Below, in pieces: positions 38,821-52,184 of a DNA stretch of 64,000 bases. The stretch is from contig CM097885.1 of the NCBI GenBank assembly GCA_044892525.1, positions 53,818,001 to 53,882,000 on the forward strand, written 5' to 3'. Below the pieces are notes generated by a model that ran no database searches, was not told the DNA's origin, and saw only the letters and a program-made list of their open reading frames with translations. How positions within the stretch are numbered: position 1 is the stretch's first letter; each line of letters begins with the position of its first letter. Source of the stretch: Schmidtea polychroa. Taxonomy: Eukaryota. Made by a program: the position numbers and the translations under genes.

Positions 38821-40659
38821 CTGAAATTAAAACAACAATTTCAATTGTATAAAATAAAATCACAAATAAATATATGTATAATCTGTTATTCTTTTAGTCA
38901 CCTTTGATTTGTTCTTTTATTGATGATATTTCATTTATTTTCATTTCAGGTTTGTCTTTATCTGGCGTTATTTATCAAGGTTAAGTTTTATGTTTCTATT
39001 AAGATTAAAATCAGATTCATTTTCTGCTTGGGACGGTTTCCATTAGGAACATTTCCACTTACCACCAAGCAAAACGATGGTAATTTGTAGTGATAATAAA
39101 AAATATTGTGTTATTATTATTGCTATTCCGATTATTATCATTATTATTATTACTATTATTCTGTCAAGAACACATGGGGTTAGATCTGTAGCTTTATTTT
39201 GAAGAACAATTATTATAATTCAACAAATGTATAGTATTAGGAAGTAAGATATATAGATATGGTTGCAGACTAAAACAATATATCTATAACTATCTATCTT
39301 GAAAGTCATACCCGTTTAAGTCGGATTTAATAGGAAGTCAACAGATCATACGATTTAGGTCAAATACGATTTATATAAAATAGGAGTTTATTGCCGTATT
39401 ATTTTATTTATCGTTGCTTTAATATAGAAGAAAAATGAATGACTTTTCATTTATTTGTTATGACTGCAGTTTATATGGCACTTTTCTGGATAAGTTGCCA
39501 ATTTATTTCCTAACATAGAGGATGGGGATTGGCACATAATTCAAAATATGAAGGACTGGTGTCAATCTAAATCAACATTTTATTTAATTCGTTACATCTA
39601 GCAAATTTAGCATTTCTATTATTTTTGATTTGTCAATTTCACCATAATTGGAATCTATCTAAATTGAAAACAATTCAAATTTACTTAGAACCTTATTAAC
39701 AAGAATTGCACAACGGGTAATTTTAGTGTTTTGATGTGAGTGAGATTCGGCCAGATTTGCAATCAATTTGACATAATAATCACAAAGAAATTTCCTCAAT
39801 TTGAGGATGGCCATGTAGTACTGCAAATGAGGGCCCATCCTTACACATCAATTATCACTAGATTTACTAATATGTAGTTTTTTCATCAACTCCAAATTTT
39901 AGAAAACGATAACCTTCTCAAGAGTACGGATATTTTACGGTAGAGAAGAATAAAGAAGTTGTAACAAAGGAGCAAACCTATTGTAGTGATAGTTTAATAC
40001 GTTATAGGCGAACTTGGCGTCATATATCATAATCACATTAGTATTCAAGTGCAGTTAATAAATTTTCTTGTAGCAAAAATCAATACTCGCGATACACACA
40101 AGTACATAGTCAGCATATCCATTGCCGAACCTGCGATATAAACGTTTTTACCCGACCTAGCTGGATGGGTGATACGACAAAATAGTAATTCAATAACATT
40201 GTTGGCATCACCATGTCCGAAGTTATCATTTAACAAGAATCAAATATTGTCAATAATCATCACAATAATAATTCTAATGGTAGATGTAATAAAGTAGTAA
40301 TCGTAGTAATATCGATTAAAATAATAATTAGCGTAATGATAATGATGTGAAAATTATAATAATCATAATCGCCACAGTGAAGATTAATAATAATTATAAT
40401 AATAATTACAATAATACTAATCACAACAATATTTATAATCACAATAAATACAATATTAAGATTTATAATAATAATGACTATAATGGTAACCTCCTAATAA
40501 TAAGAGTTATAACATTAATAATTATAAATAAAGTAAGAAGGGTGATGATAATCATATTAATAATAATCATAGCAATCATTGTAATATACATATTTCACAG
40601 TTGGCTGAATGCAGTCAGGGTGAAATGGTTCTCCTACAAGACGTCAGCAGAATTACTGT

Positions 40660-41150
40660 CCATCAGATTTCGCAGAGTTAATCGTGATTCATCACTCAAA
40701 AAGACTGAGCACCATTGTTGTGCTGTACTACTCCTTCTCTTGCGGCACCACTTTAAGCGACGACGACGAATTTTTCCGTAATTAAAGGCTTCCTTGGCCG
40801 GTATCTGCCATAGAAATCATGAAAATGTAATGCGCGACGAATGGTGGAAATGTTGGCAGCCACAGGGCCAGTGTTAAATGTGGATACTAACTTGGACAGG
40901 GGAAACCAACGATGACCCACCACAAGTCGTTTCAGCTGCCGTTGTGTACGGATGCTCAGAAGTTTAGTGCGGCATGAACGTTGCTGTTGACACGTGTTGG
41001 CTCCTGGCGGTACTTCCTCGCGAAATAGTTAATAGTTCCTTTGGGATGGCCAGTCAATGCAGCAGTTCCACTCTGACTTTTTTCCACAAAGGTAACATCC
41101 GTAAATAATTCCTTTCTGAAAGTCTGTAAGCTCTCTCCGAGTAGCTATAT
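40660..41150 (-). mobile_element. Tc1-like transposase N-terminal remnant
   Basis: Reverse strand, broken frames: RELTDFQKGIIYG ... STIRRAL ... RKPLI ... RRRRLKWCR ... W.SVFLSDESR. Confidence 0.75.
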
Positions 41151-41907
41151 TCTAAGAAAATGACAATCCTTCATTAACATGACTCACTGTTATCACTGTT
41201 GTGTGTCAGGTGTGAGTAGTCATATTCTATGTGTGAGTGCACGTGTACATGTGCGCATGTTGAAGGTGTTGGTGACCTTTGTTCTCATTGCTGTTCATAT
41301 TTGCATTGCAGACGTTCATTATAAACTGCAATATGTAAATAACTGCATGACTGGAGATTTTTGGTAGGCCGGGATATATATGCATTTAGTGGAGGCACTA
41401 CAATAGCCCCCGCCGAAGTACGTGAAGTGTATACTGTTGTTGTTGGTGGTGCTTGTGCTAATGTTGATTCTGGTGGTACTGGTGCTGGTGCTAGTGGTAT
41501 TAATGCTGATGTTGGTGGTTAATCTCCAGTTTTTATGAGATCGTTTCCAATTTTACAAATGTTAGCAGTAAGTATTGATTATTTTTCTTTAAGATTCAAT
41601 AAATTAGATGGTTGCTGCAAAGATTTACGAGATTTGTGCAATTTGGAATACGTGTAATAAGGAATTCTGACACCAATTATCGTGAGGAGAAATAAAATTA
41701 CAAAGATCTGAATAAATATTTTATTTGATCCGAGATCTTCTTTGCATTTAGAAAAGTGATCTGTTCCTCTATTTTTGGTTATTTTAACAAAATCTGAAAA
41801 CATTTTGATTTTTGATTTTATGTATATATATATATATATATATATATGCATAAAGCACTACGATAATAATGATCATAATAATAATCATAACCATAATAAT
41901 AATTAGC

Positions 41908-41954
<47 letters not shown>

Positions 41955-42224
41955 TGATTATAATAGTGACAGGTGAGGAGTATAAACCAAGCCAAATATC
42001 CTAATATATACAGTATTACGTAACATTTGTATAGGTTATAATTCAGACAGATAATATAATAATAATAATAATACTTTTTAATAACTAAATTGTTCACAAC
42101 AATAAAAACTTTAACTATTTCACAATAAAATAGTCTAAAGAATACTTTACAATGAAAACGTAAAATGGAAATGATACAAGTAAGAACTTAAACAATAATT
42201 ATAGTAAATAAATTTTATTTTAAT

Positions 42225-45200
42225 TCAAAATTCATTGAAGTATATATTGATGTTCCCTTTCATATGGAAGTGTGGGTGACCATAATCATCATCTGAGAAA
42301 TGTGAATGAACATATTGATCATTATCTTCGTCCAGATTATTAACTTCAGCATTGTTGCTATTACCCATAACCATGTTAACTATTTTATAATGACCATAGG
42401 TTAAATTTTTATTTTTATTTACCCAATGCCTCTTATCATCATTATTTTTTAGGACTAATTTTATATTTTTTATTGTAAATAACTGATGATTTTTGCTCTC
42501 TTTATCACCCAAAAGGCTTTAGCATTTAGGCTTTAAGACCCCCCATTTCTTATATCTAATCTCTTTACTCTCATCTTTGAATTTAACGATGACGGAATCA
42601 AGAGCTCTTGAATATAGTTCATCGGATGTATCATAATTCGATGTATCCAGCATGTTATCTCTTACCATACCTGGTAAAAGCATGTCTAATTTGCATCATT
42701 TAACCTCTTAAAAGAAGGAATCAGTGTCATCTGCAATAATATTGATTTCGCAGTAAAATTCATCTCGATATATTTGTAAATCAATATATTGCAAATGATA
42801 CATACGTAATTTGGATAAATCAAGTACAGATTGACCAATGTAACTAGGTCTATCCAAACACACTGGATCCTTATTTAATAGAACGGCTATTAAGTCATAA
42901 TCTATTTCATAAGTCTTTTTAAATGTGGGTTTAGAGGAATAAATAATCAGTTTAGAAGCTGAATTACACAATCTCAAGTTCGATCGCTTCTTCAAATTTT
43001 CGACAGTCTTTCCATATAAATTATTAAGAAGTTTAATATAGATTTTATCAAGTGTATTTTTTGACACAGCCCGAAGTTGGATGTTTGTGTCAATATAATT
43101 TTTGAATATGGTAGACTGATGAAATTTGATAGCCCTATGAATTTGAGTAACCTTTACTCCAAGAGAAAGATAAAGATGTAGAAGTTTCCAATGAAGAGCA
43201 TAGTTCTTCTTGGGTAAATGCGTGAGCATCAACTTCTCTACTTTAGATCCTGGAGCACACATTTTTTTTCAGCTGCAACCGGAAAAACATCAAGTTATCG
43301 CGAATATCTAGATCTACTTCCATAATATACCCATATGAAAGTGGATCTAGATCAATAGATTCACAGTCTTTTAATAAATTAATTAATTCAGATTCATCCG
43401 TCATCCAAGAACATTCACCCCTAGGTAGTTTTTGGCTAAGAGCCCAGCCGTACAAATCATTAATATCGATATATAGAATTTCAGTATTTTCATTTGTATT
43501 AACATAATGTTTGTTTACATATGTCAAACCCCCTCTTATACCACCCTCAAAGAAATTAAACATCTCCATGTCTTGAATCAACTCGATGGGTTTGTCTTAA
43601 GTCATCAGAGCTGAATTCCAAGACATACCGGGAATACCCAAGAAGTTTAAAGGTTCAAGACGATTATGAGCTAAAGATTTATTTCGAAACTGCTAGAAAA
43701 AGCTAGCTAAAAGACATCGAGTTTTAGATAGAGCATCATATAATCACAAAGGTTATTACAGTTGGTTTCCCTCCATATAATTTCAGCCATAGAAGATTCG
43801 TCTTCAGTAACACTATTCCAAATTGGCGGTAATTGGGGAGTTGACCGAAGCACTTCGAGACAAGTGGCAAAATCATATGGGAAAATTCCTTTACTAATGA
43901 CAATGGTTCCCTTAAATTCTAGCATCACTTAGCGAACTAATAATAAATTGATAAGAATCGATAAATATAATAATTAAACCACATATTCTCGCCGACAATG
44001 TTAAGAACTTTTCAGTTGTCGTTGGAATGCATGAAATATTCCAAGATTTAAAGCCACTCAATCCGTATTTGAGGATATGATGAAGATCATACCCTTGCAA
44101 GTTATGGAAAACAATTGGAAATGCATCTTATTTGACGAGAATTATTGCAAGTTGAACAAGTTGCTCCCAAATATTTACCAGTAAAGTGAACATGATCTTT
44201 AGTCGGGTTTACTAAAGTATTTTTTGCAAAGATAACACAGAACTGCGGAAGAAAAAGAAATAATTAAAGTAATAATTATTTTCTTTTTCGAATTTTTATA
44301 AAAATAATGTAAAACTGTTTTCATACCAATGTTTTCAATTTCTTTAAGGAAACTAACAATACAATCTAACCCTAAAAACATTTATATAATTTTGTTCCTG
44401 TAAAACTATTTATTAGCAAAAGACCTGCAGAAATCGGCAAATGCTTTTGAAAGTATCTATTATCATTATGTAAAATAGCCTCAAAGTCAGCGTAAAGCAC
44501 AAAAGGTGGAGTAACTGTTTTAGACCAATCATTAAAATATAAATTCTTATTTAATGGTAAAGTTGTTCCTAATTGATTTTTCTCACATAAAGCTTTATGT
44601 TTATCTAAAGAATCAAGTGTACGGAAGACATCTAAACATCGATTACACCACAGACTTTATACTCGAGTGCTAGAATTTCAGTATTTTCATTTGTATTAAC
44701 ATAATGTTTGTTTACATATGTCAAACCCCCTCTTATACCACCCTCAAAGAAATTAAACATCTCCATGTCTTGAATTAACTCGATGGGTTCGTCTAAAGTT
44801 TACGACAATTTAAAAGTCTATCAAGATAAGTGACTCCTATATAATGAAAAGAATCATTGCTTTCCAACAAAATTAAAATTATCGGTCTTCCACCTACAAT
44901 TTTCAATCTATGTAAGATGTCAACATAAGGATGTTTTAATACTTCAGAATTATTTAAAATATACTCTAAAGCATTCCATCGTATGCAAGAACATTAATCG
45001 AATGCCCCGGATTTTTATCTTCAAATATAGGTATATTACAGAGACGCATCTGTAAGTCAGAAGGATCAAAGACTAGATCAGACAGATTATAATTACTAAT
45101 TCGATTTCTCTGATTACTATCAACGTCATTGTATTTCAAAATAGCTAAAAATTAGCTATAGATGAAACACAAATCATCCGTATTGTTGATATTTATTATG

Positions 45201-45751
45201 CAATGTTTATTTAATAATGATTTAGGAGTTGGAAGAGAACCCCTCCCACTCAATCTATTTATTTGAAAAAAATTTGTAATAACAAAATGTATTTCTTTTA
45301 TTTTATTAATAATCCAATTACTTTCCTTTTCATTAATTAAAGTAATTTTCTCATTAAGAATAGCAAAACCTTCATCTAAAAAGGTATCGCTCATAGGTCT
45401 TGCAGAATTTGAAATGACGCAAGATTGAAATTCTCCGTCTTTTTAAAATTCCACTTCGATACAAAATTGTATCTTTACAGAACCCTTTTCTCTGGTATCA
45501 TTATTAAATTTATTAATTAAGGGTGTGGGTACAGTTAAAGAATTTAAATTTTCAACTATCATTTTAACTATGGCACGTGATTTACATAAATTATAATTTA
45601 CAATCGGTTCTAATGATCCACCATATTGTATAGTATTATCACTAATTGTTTCATTATCAGAGTCGGAAAGAGTAATTATATCAACTTCATTTTGAGAGTC
45701 AGATAGAAAAACTATATCCACATCATTTTCAAAACCAGGAAGAGTTACCAT
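42225..45751 (-). pseudogene. polB: Protein-primed family B DNA polymerase of a Polinton/Maverick-like element, fragmented
   Basis: IININNTDDLCF, HFTGKYLGATCSTCN, HNLQGYDLH, FIDSYQF, KGIFPYD, YLKLDV, GGIRGG, YIDINDLYGWALSQKLP, KLLNNLYGKT, DTDSFF and FKDE, in the correct order with many breaks. Confidence 0.9.
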
Positions 45752-46258
45752 ATTATTTAAAACTACAACATTGTCTTCAGAATCCGAGAGAGTAAAATTT
45801 TGATTATAAATATTTAAATTTGTAATTTTAGATGGACGAGGGTTACTTAAAAGGAAATCAGATTTCCTTTGATTGTTTGAAAAATTAATTGGTAATTTAA
45901 AAATTTCATTTTTCTTTAAAATATTAAATAAATTTAAATGATCTTTATGTTGATCATAAAAGTTAAAATAATTTAATTTTTCAGTTGAATTACAAATGGG
46001 ACAAACAAAATAAATAACACGGTTTTGGGGCTGGCCATACTATTTTCCCATAGTTTTATGACAATTTTTGTCATGAAGGGATGAATTAAGATACCTAAGT
46101 TCCAAAATAAATTATAAAAAGATTGTATTATAAATAAAAATGAATATATGAAATAAATATTTACAGAATCAAAAATGCAAAACACACATGAAATTTTTCA
46201 TCCAATAAAATTAAAATGATTTGTTATATATATGTGTGTGTATAGAAGTGGGAAATAT

Positions 46259-46510
46259 AAGATACAAGATTTACAAATTTAGTCCATTACAGTAACTGCT
46301 GCTAAATTTATAAATTTATATGAATGACAACATAAAGCTAAATGTATATTTCAACCGGAAATATGTCCGGCCTTACGTCTTCAAAAATATAATCCAGTTT
46401 GTGTTAATGTATTTTCAAGCGGGAAGGTTGTATTACTTGGAATAAAAACTTTCCACTATAATCACTATATAGAGAATATTTTATCAGAAATTAAAATGTT
46501 AATTAATTAA
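46259..46510 (+). pseudogene. Divergent TATA-binding-protein-like gene remnant (one TBP repeat)
   Basis: Translates KIQDLQI*SITVTAAKFINLYE*QHKAKCIFQPEICPALRLQKYNPVCVNVFSSGKVVLLGIK, aligning to the TBP core YEPELFPGLIYRM..P..VLLIFVSGKVVLTGAK. Two in-frame stops. Confidence 0.65.
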
Positions 46511-46552
46511 TTAATTTCGTTTGTATTGATTTTGTTTTTATTAATTATAAAA

Positions 46553-46870
46553 ATGTCAAAAGGTAAATAATATATTTTTATTTATAATTAATAATCTTTA
46601 TATCTAGTTTACTTATTTGAAGTTATTTTAAAGAATATTCAAGAATTATACCCAGGAATAAGAAATACCAAAGATTATGGTGAACTAGAGTTACTTATGA
46701 ATAAAATATTTCGCTTAACAGGTATTAATATAGAACAACTTTTAGAGTTGCACTACGATATCGTTCTAAGGTCTGATACTAGATGCATTGAAAATTGTAT
46801 TGTTTGCAAAGAATCTATGAGATTGTTTTGCCCCAATGGTTGTCCATGCTGTCACAACTTTGTATTTTAA
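46553..46870 (+). CDS. Putative spliced 90-aa Cys-rich protein (join 46553-46562, 46608-46870)
   Basis: ATG TCA AAA G|gtaaat...tctag|TT TAC (45-nt intron) gives an open MSKVYLFEV...RCIENCIVCKESMRLFCPNGCPCCHNFVF*. Confidence 0.4.
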
Positions 46871-46874
46871 TTAC

Positions 46875-47423
46875 TGTGATAGATTGTTGTATGTTAATCA
46901 CCATTGTTGTTTTTGACAATTTCTCAATTAAATTGGGCTTTCTCTTTGGTCATTGTCGTCCCCGAGGCATCGGGGAAGGGATATTTAAAAAAAACTATAT
47001 AGCGATAATTTACTATAGTATATTATCGCTATAGTAAAATTAATTAAATAAAAAATCGAAGAATTAAAAAATGATGATAAAACTTAAAATACTAGAAGAT
47101 ATATCAAAGTTCCACAAAATAAAACGACGGATTCGGAAGTCTCATTCATAGAAGTAATAGAATACGAACTTTCGATCTGACTCCAATTTCAAGGTTCTTA
47201 CTTTTTTTGTAAATAAAAGTTGTAATTTTATTTTATTGTTGTTGTTACTTATTCAATTGCTATAATTTTTTTAAACTTACGCACAGGCACCCCAGGTGTC
47301 CCAAGACAGTATTTTTAAAGGAGACTCGGCTGGGCTCTACAGGATTTCTTTTCCACAAACATAAATATACAATATATAAATACATAAATATAAGTACCTA
47401 AATATACCTAAAAAATTATAACA
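46875..47423 (+). mobile_element. Diverged solo-LTR-like sequence related to the 19509 and 50105 LTRs
   Basis: Shares the tatagcgataatttac-tata-gt.tattatcgctata palindrome and the caccccag...ggagactcg.ctggg block, and ends ...taaca. The 5' end and TSD are unclear. Confidence 0.6.
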
Positions 47424-47489
47424 GGGATCAATCGGTCGATATCTTATTAGCTGAAATGCGTAAAGCATACTACACAGATAAAGAATTAC

Positions 47490-47854
<365 letters not shown>

Positions 47855-48202
47855 TAAAATTATAAAATTATGTAACACCGTGGGTACCTATACAAAATTA
47901 CATAATACTGTATATTATGGGATATTTCTGGGATACTGATGATAATATTTATAACAATAAGCATTATAATCATAAGGATTATAACGATAGGTGATTATAG
48001 TAATCGTGCATAACTTAACCAATGTGGTAATAGTAATAATTATAAGAACATTTTCCAATTTTCGGTACTGCTTTTTTTATCACTTGAAAGGCAGTGCCGA
48101 AAATTCGTGAATATCAAAAACATCGATATATTTACTGATTTATAGTCTTCAAGCTTTCTTTTTATAAAATTCAATGGAAAAAATAATCAGTGGTTAAATT
48201 GG

Positions 48203-48509
<307 letters not shown>

Positions 48510-48696
48510 TTTAAATAATAAATCCTGCTTCCAAGAAATCATCCCTTTATACTTATAATATCAATAATAATAGTAAATACCAACAACCAGATACCAATAA
48601 CCAAGTACTAGCAACGAAGCACCAATATATATTCATTAAGTAAGCAGCTCCATACACTTCCAACTCTTTCTATTCACTAGGCATCATACTTTATAC

Positions 48697-49205
48697 CAGA
48701 AGTCGGCAAAGGATTTTTACAAGTTTAATAAGATATTTGACTGGCCCGTGACCGCATATTAAATAACGATAATAAATTTAATAAAAAAAATTGCTATAAT
48801 ATTCTTTAAAATTCAATATTTAAATTTTAAATTAACTAATGAATTCAAAGATCAGGAAAGTAAATGGCGAATGTCGAATTTTTCATGATACTTGGGCGTT
48901 AGATTTTTTTTCAAGCAAAATGGAAAGCCAACATGTCTTATTTGCCTTGAAAAAATTGCTCTGAATAAAGTGGCAAATATCAGGCGCCATTACATGACCC
49001 ACCATTTTGAAAATTTTGTAAAATTTACTGGAGAATAAAGGAGATGAATTAATCAGCTTAAATCAAATTTTGAAAAGCAGACATCATTTTTTACGAAGAA
49101 AATAAGTGAATGTGAAGCTAATACCCATGCAGGCTATGAAGTGTCAAGACTTATCGCTGAAAAGATGAAACCATTTACGGATGGTGAATTTGTTAAACAA
49201 TGTTA
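48697..49205 (+). mobile_element. hAT (GTF2IRD2/SPIN-like) 5' fragment
   Basis: cagaagtcggcaaa terminus; RKVNGECRIF..W, PTCLIC.EKI..K..NIRRHY.THH, KPFTDGEFVKQC. Confidence 0.78.
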
Positions 49206-51089
49206 AACCCATTAAATTAATAAAATAAAGTTATTATTTTTGAAATAAAACAGTCGTATAAAATGATCTTTACACAATAACCAATAAACTAAATAATCAA
49301 TAACAATACTAAGATATTGAATTTGCAAGTTTGAATTTGATATTTAAAAGTGAAATGTTTGGTGTTGGTAAAAGTTAGCTAAAGAAAATTGACCGTTATT
49401 GGGTAAAATTTCTGATTTATCATGATTTTAAGGAAATTTCTAGAGATTAAATCGGTTGAACATCAGTTAAGAGTAAAATATGATCATATGAAGAAATAGA
49501 GATTTCATCTGATAGATAAATTTAATCTTTCAAAGGATTTAGTCGGTTAAAAATGAATTGTAAATAGCCATTTAAGAGCCAATTTTTTAGTTCTAGAAGA
49601 CTGTGGTTTACCTTTAGAACAAAAATTTGATTATTTTTAATTATGACTGGTTATACTGTACTTAAATGGCCAATTAAATTTACTTTAATTTAGATGTTTT
49701 ATAGTGAAATATTTGAGATATTTAGATAATAGGAATTAAGATCAAAGTTAAAAGGGCGTATAATAGAGAGATATTTTTAAAGAAATTTTAATGATACTTA
49801 TTGACTTAATATCAAAAGTGGAATATATGATCTTTTATGGGAACATATCGCTAGAATACAAATCTTTAAAGATGGATAGATATTTTAAGGAAATTTTTTT
49901 AGGGGCAATCAATCATTCGTTTGGATATAAAAAAAGGTAGAATATTTAGAGCAATTTATGTAGAAAACTAGTTTCTTCAATGTAATCATTAGGAGGGCTT
50001 ATATCAGTTTCCTTTAGAATTTAATGATAATTATTTAGATATAAAATAAGATATGAATTATTACTAGATTTTATTAGAAAATTCTTATTAACTTGAATGG
50101 TGATTGTAATGTATTGTGATTCTCTGTTTTTTTTGGTTTTGTTAATCACATTGTATGAATGTAATAAACAATTCTGCACGCTGTACGTGGAGAAGGTTTT
50201 TATTTTATTTAAAAAAATAAATAAACTATATAGTGATAATTTACCATAGTAAATTATCACTATAGAAAAATGACAAATTAATAAAATCAATAAGAAAATT
50301 TTAAAAAAAACAAAAACTCCAGAAGATTAAATCAAATTGAACAACTGAAGAATTAGAATTATCAGCGCTATATTAAATTGAAGAATTGGAAGATATTTTC
50401 TTTCCCGTACTCTTTGAACGATCGAAAAGAAAACTAAACAGAAATATAGACCCCAAGAAAATAGAAAAAGACAAATACACAACCGATAATTTTGTAACAA
50501 GTGACAACTGATATACTTTCCTACCAAATTCCTGTTCAGTTCAAATTCTACAACAACATCCACTACCTATTCTTATATTCCCTAAACAATCAAAAAGAAA
50601 ACTAAATAGAAATATAAATTCGAAAACAAGGAACGAATACCCAACTATTAACATCGAGTCAAGAGACAATTGATATACTTTTCTATCCTCACTCAAGGTT
50701 TTTTAATTTGGTTAAATAAAAGTTTTAGATTAATATACTATTGTTTATATTATTTTTATTTGCTTTATTGTTACACAACACGCACCCCGATAGTCCCAAC
50801 ACATTTTTCTTACCGGTGACTCTATCGGGTCCTTCAAATTTCTAGCATAGCACACCACAATAATATAATAATACAACAAACAACCTAACAATTGGTGTCA
50901 GAAGAAAAAATACATACAACACACACGCATTCGACGTTTTCTTTCAATCACGAAACCTTTCAGTATAGTTATTATAGAACTATAAAGGCTAGTGACACTG
51001 TTGGCCGAACACAGTAGGCCATATCCTTCAAACAAACCACTATTTTTTTTTTGCACAACAAACAAAAAAAAACAGCAACAAAACAATAA

Positions 51090-52184
51090 ATGGCTTCAAA
51101 CCAGCAAAACCCGATAAACAATACACAGATACCCAACAACTATGAAAATGCTCACTCACCGGAAAACATGAACCACCTATACAACCCAAGCACCAACAAC
51201 GCAAACACACACCCAACACACGAAAGCAGTAGTTATTATTACAACCCTGAAAATTCATCTGCGGTAAACTCAATACTAAACCCCAAGGCAAACATCCCAA
51301 ATTTTTTCACAGACGAAAACGGGACCCCACAAAAATGGCTAGAATTTGCCAAATTAACATTAAACCTATCAGGCATTAAATCATCAAGAACAGTCTGTTC
51401 TCACATAATTGCCGCCCTTCCCAGCAACATCCTGAACGAGATAGCCGATAGAATAGAGGAAATATCAAAGGACGACAACCCTTTCGAAAACTTATACAAC
51501 ACTTTAATAAATCGGAACAAAGTAAACAGACGAGAACTACTCGAATCCTGTTTAAAAGATATCCAATTGGGTAATGACAAACCGTCTGAATTTCTGCGAA
51601 ACCTAAAGACAAAACTCGAATACTTACAACCAAAAATAACAAGCACCGGGTCAAAAGAGTTCATCAAAGACCTTTTCATGCGCGCAATGCCACCTGAAAT
51701 AAGACGGATTCTAGCTGCCAGCAACTGTACAGACCTCGATACTCTGGCAAACATAGCAGACAAAATCAACGACGAAATATACCCAACAATATGTAGAACT
51801 TACCAAAACAAAAATTTTTTTAAGAGCAACGAAAACAAACCTGTACACAATAGCTCAGAAACTACAGAAACGAACAAACTCCTCTCAACTCTGGTAACAA
51901 AATTCGACGAAATAATTATTGAAAACAAAAATCTAAGAAAAGACATAACCGAATTACAAAGAAGAGAATCCAGGAGAACTCAATATTACGAAAACAGACA
52001 AAATTATTCCAGACAAAATACACGATCTGGCAGCCGCAACAGCTTCGACAGAAACAAAACAGGGAACAACCCCAATAAATGCACAAACCAAAACTATTGT
52101 TACTACCACAATAAATTTGGAAATAAAGCATACAAATGCAACAAACCCTGCACCTTCGACAAAGAAGAGTCGGGAAACATATAA
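51090..52184 (+). CDS. gag: Gypsy Gag
   Basis: 364-aa open frame with QLGNDKPSEFLR and C-terminal CYYHNKFGNKAYKCNKPC. Confidence 0.92.
   Translation: MASNQQNPINNTQIPNNYENAHSPENMNHLYNPSTNNANTHPTHESSSYYYNPENSSAVNSILNPKANIPNFFTDENGTPQKWLEFAKLTLNLSGIKSSRTVCSHIIAALPSNILNEIADRIEEISKDDNPFENLYNTLINRNKVNRRELLESCLKDIQLGNDKPSEFLRNLKTKLEYLQPKITSTGSKEFIKDLFMRAMPPEIRRILAASNCTDLDTLANIADKINDEIYPTICRTYQNKNFFKSNENKPVHNSSETTETNKLLSTLVTKFDEIIIENKNLRKDITELQRRESRRTQYYENRQNYSRQNTRSGSRNSFDRNKTGNNPNKCTNQNYCYYHNKFGNKAYKCNKPCTFDKEESGNI

Noticed and set aside
47290..47335. Twister ribozyme suggested by gtcccaag
   Set aside because: Lacks the UAA cleavage strand and the matching pseudoknot partners, and the motif is not kept in the sister LTRs. 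Reported only as an unnamed stem element.
50021..51300. Short minus-strand ORFs in and near the LTR (duplicated at 55455-55928) and antisense ORFs across gag/pol
   Set aside because: Shadows of LTR or coding sequence with biased composition and no domain motifs.
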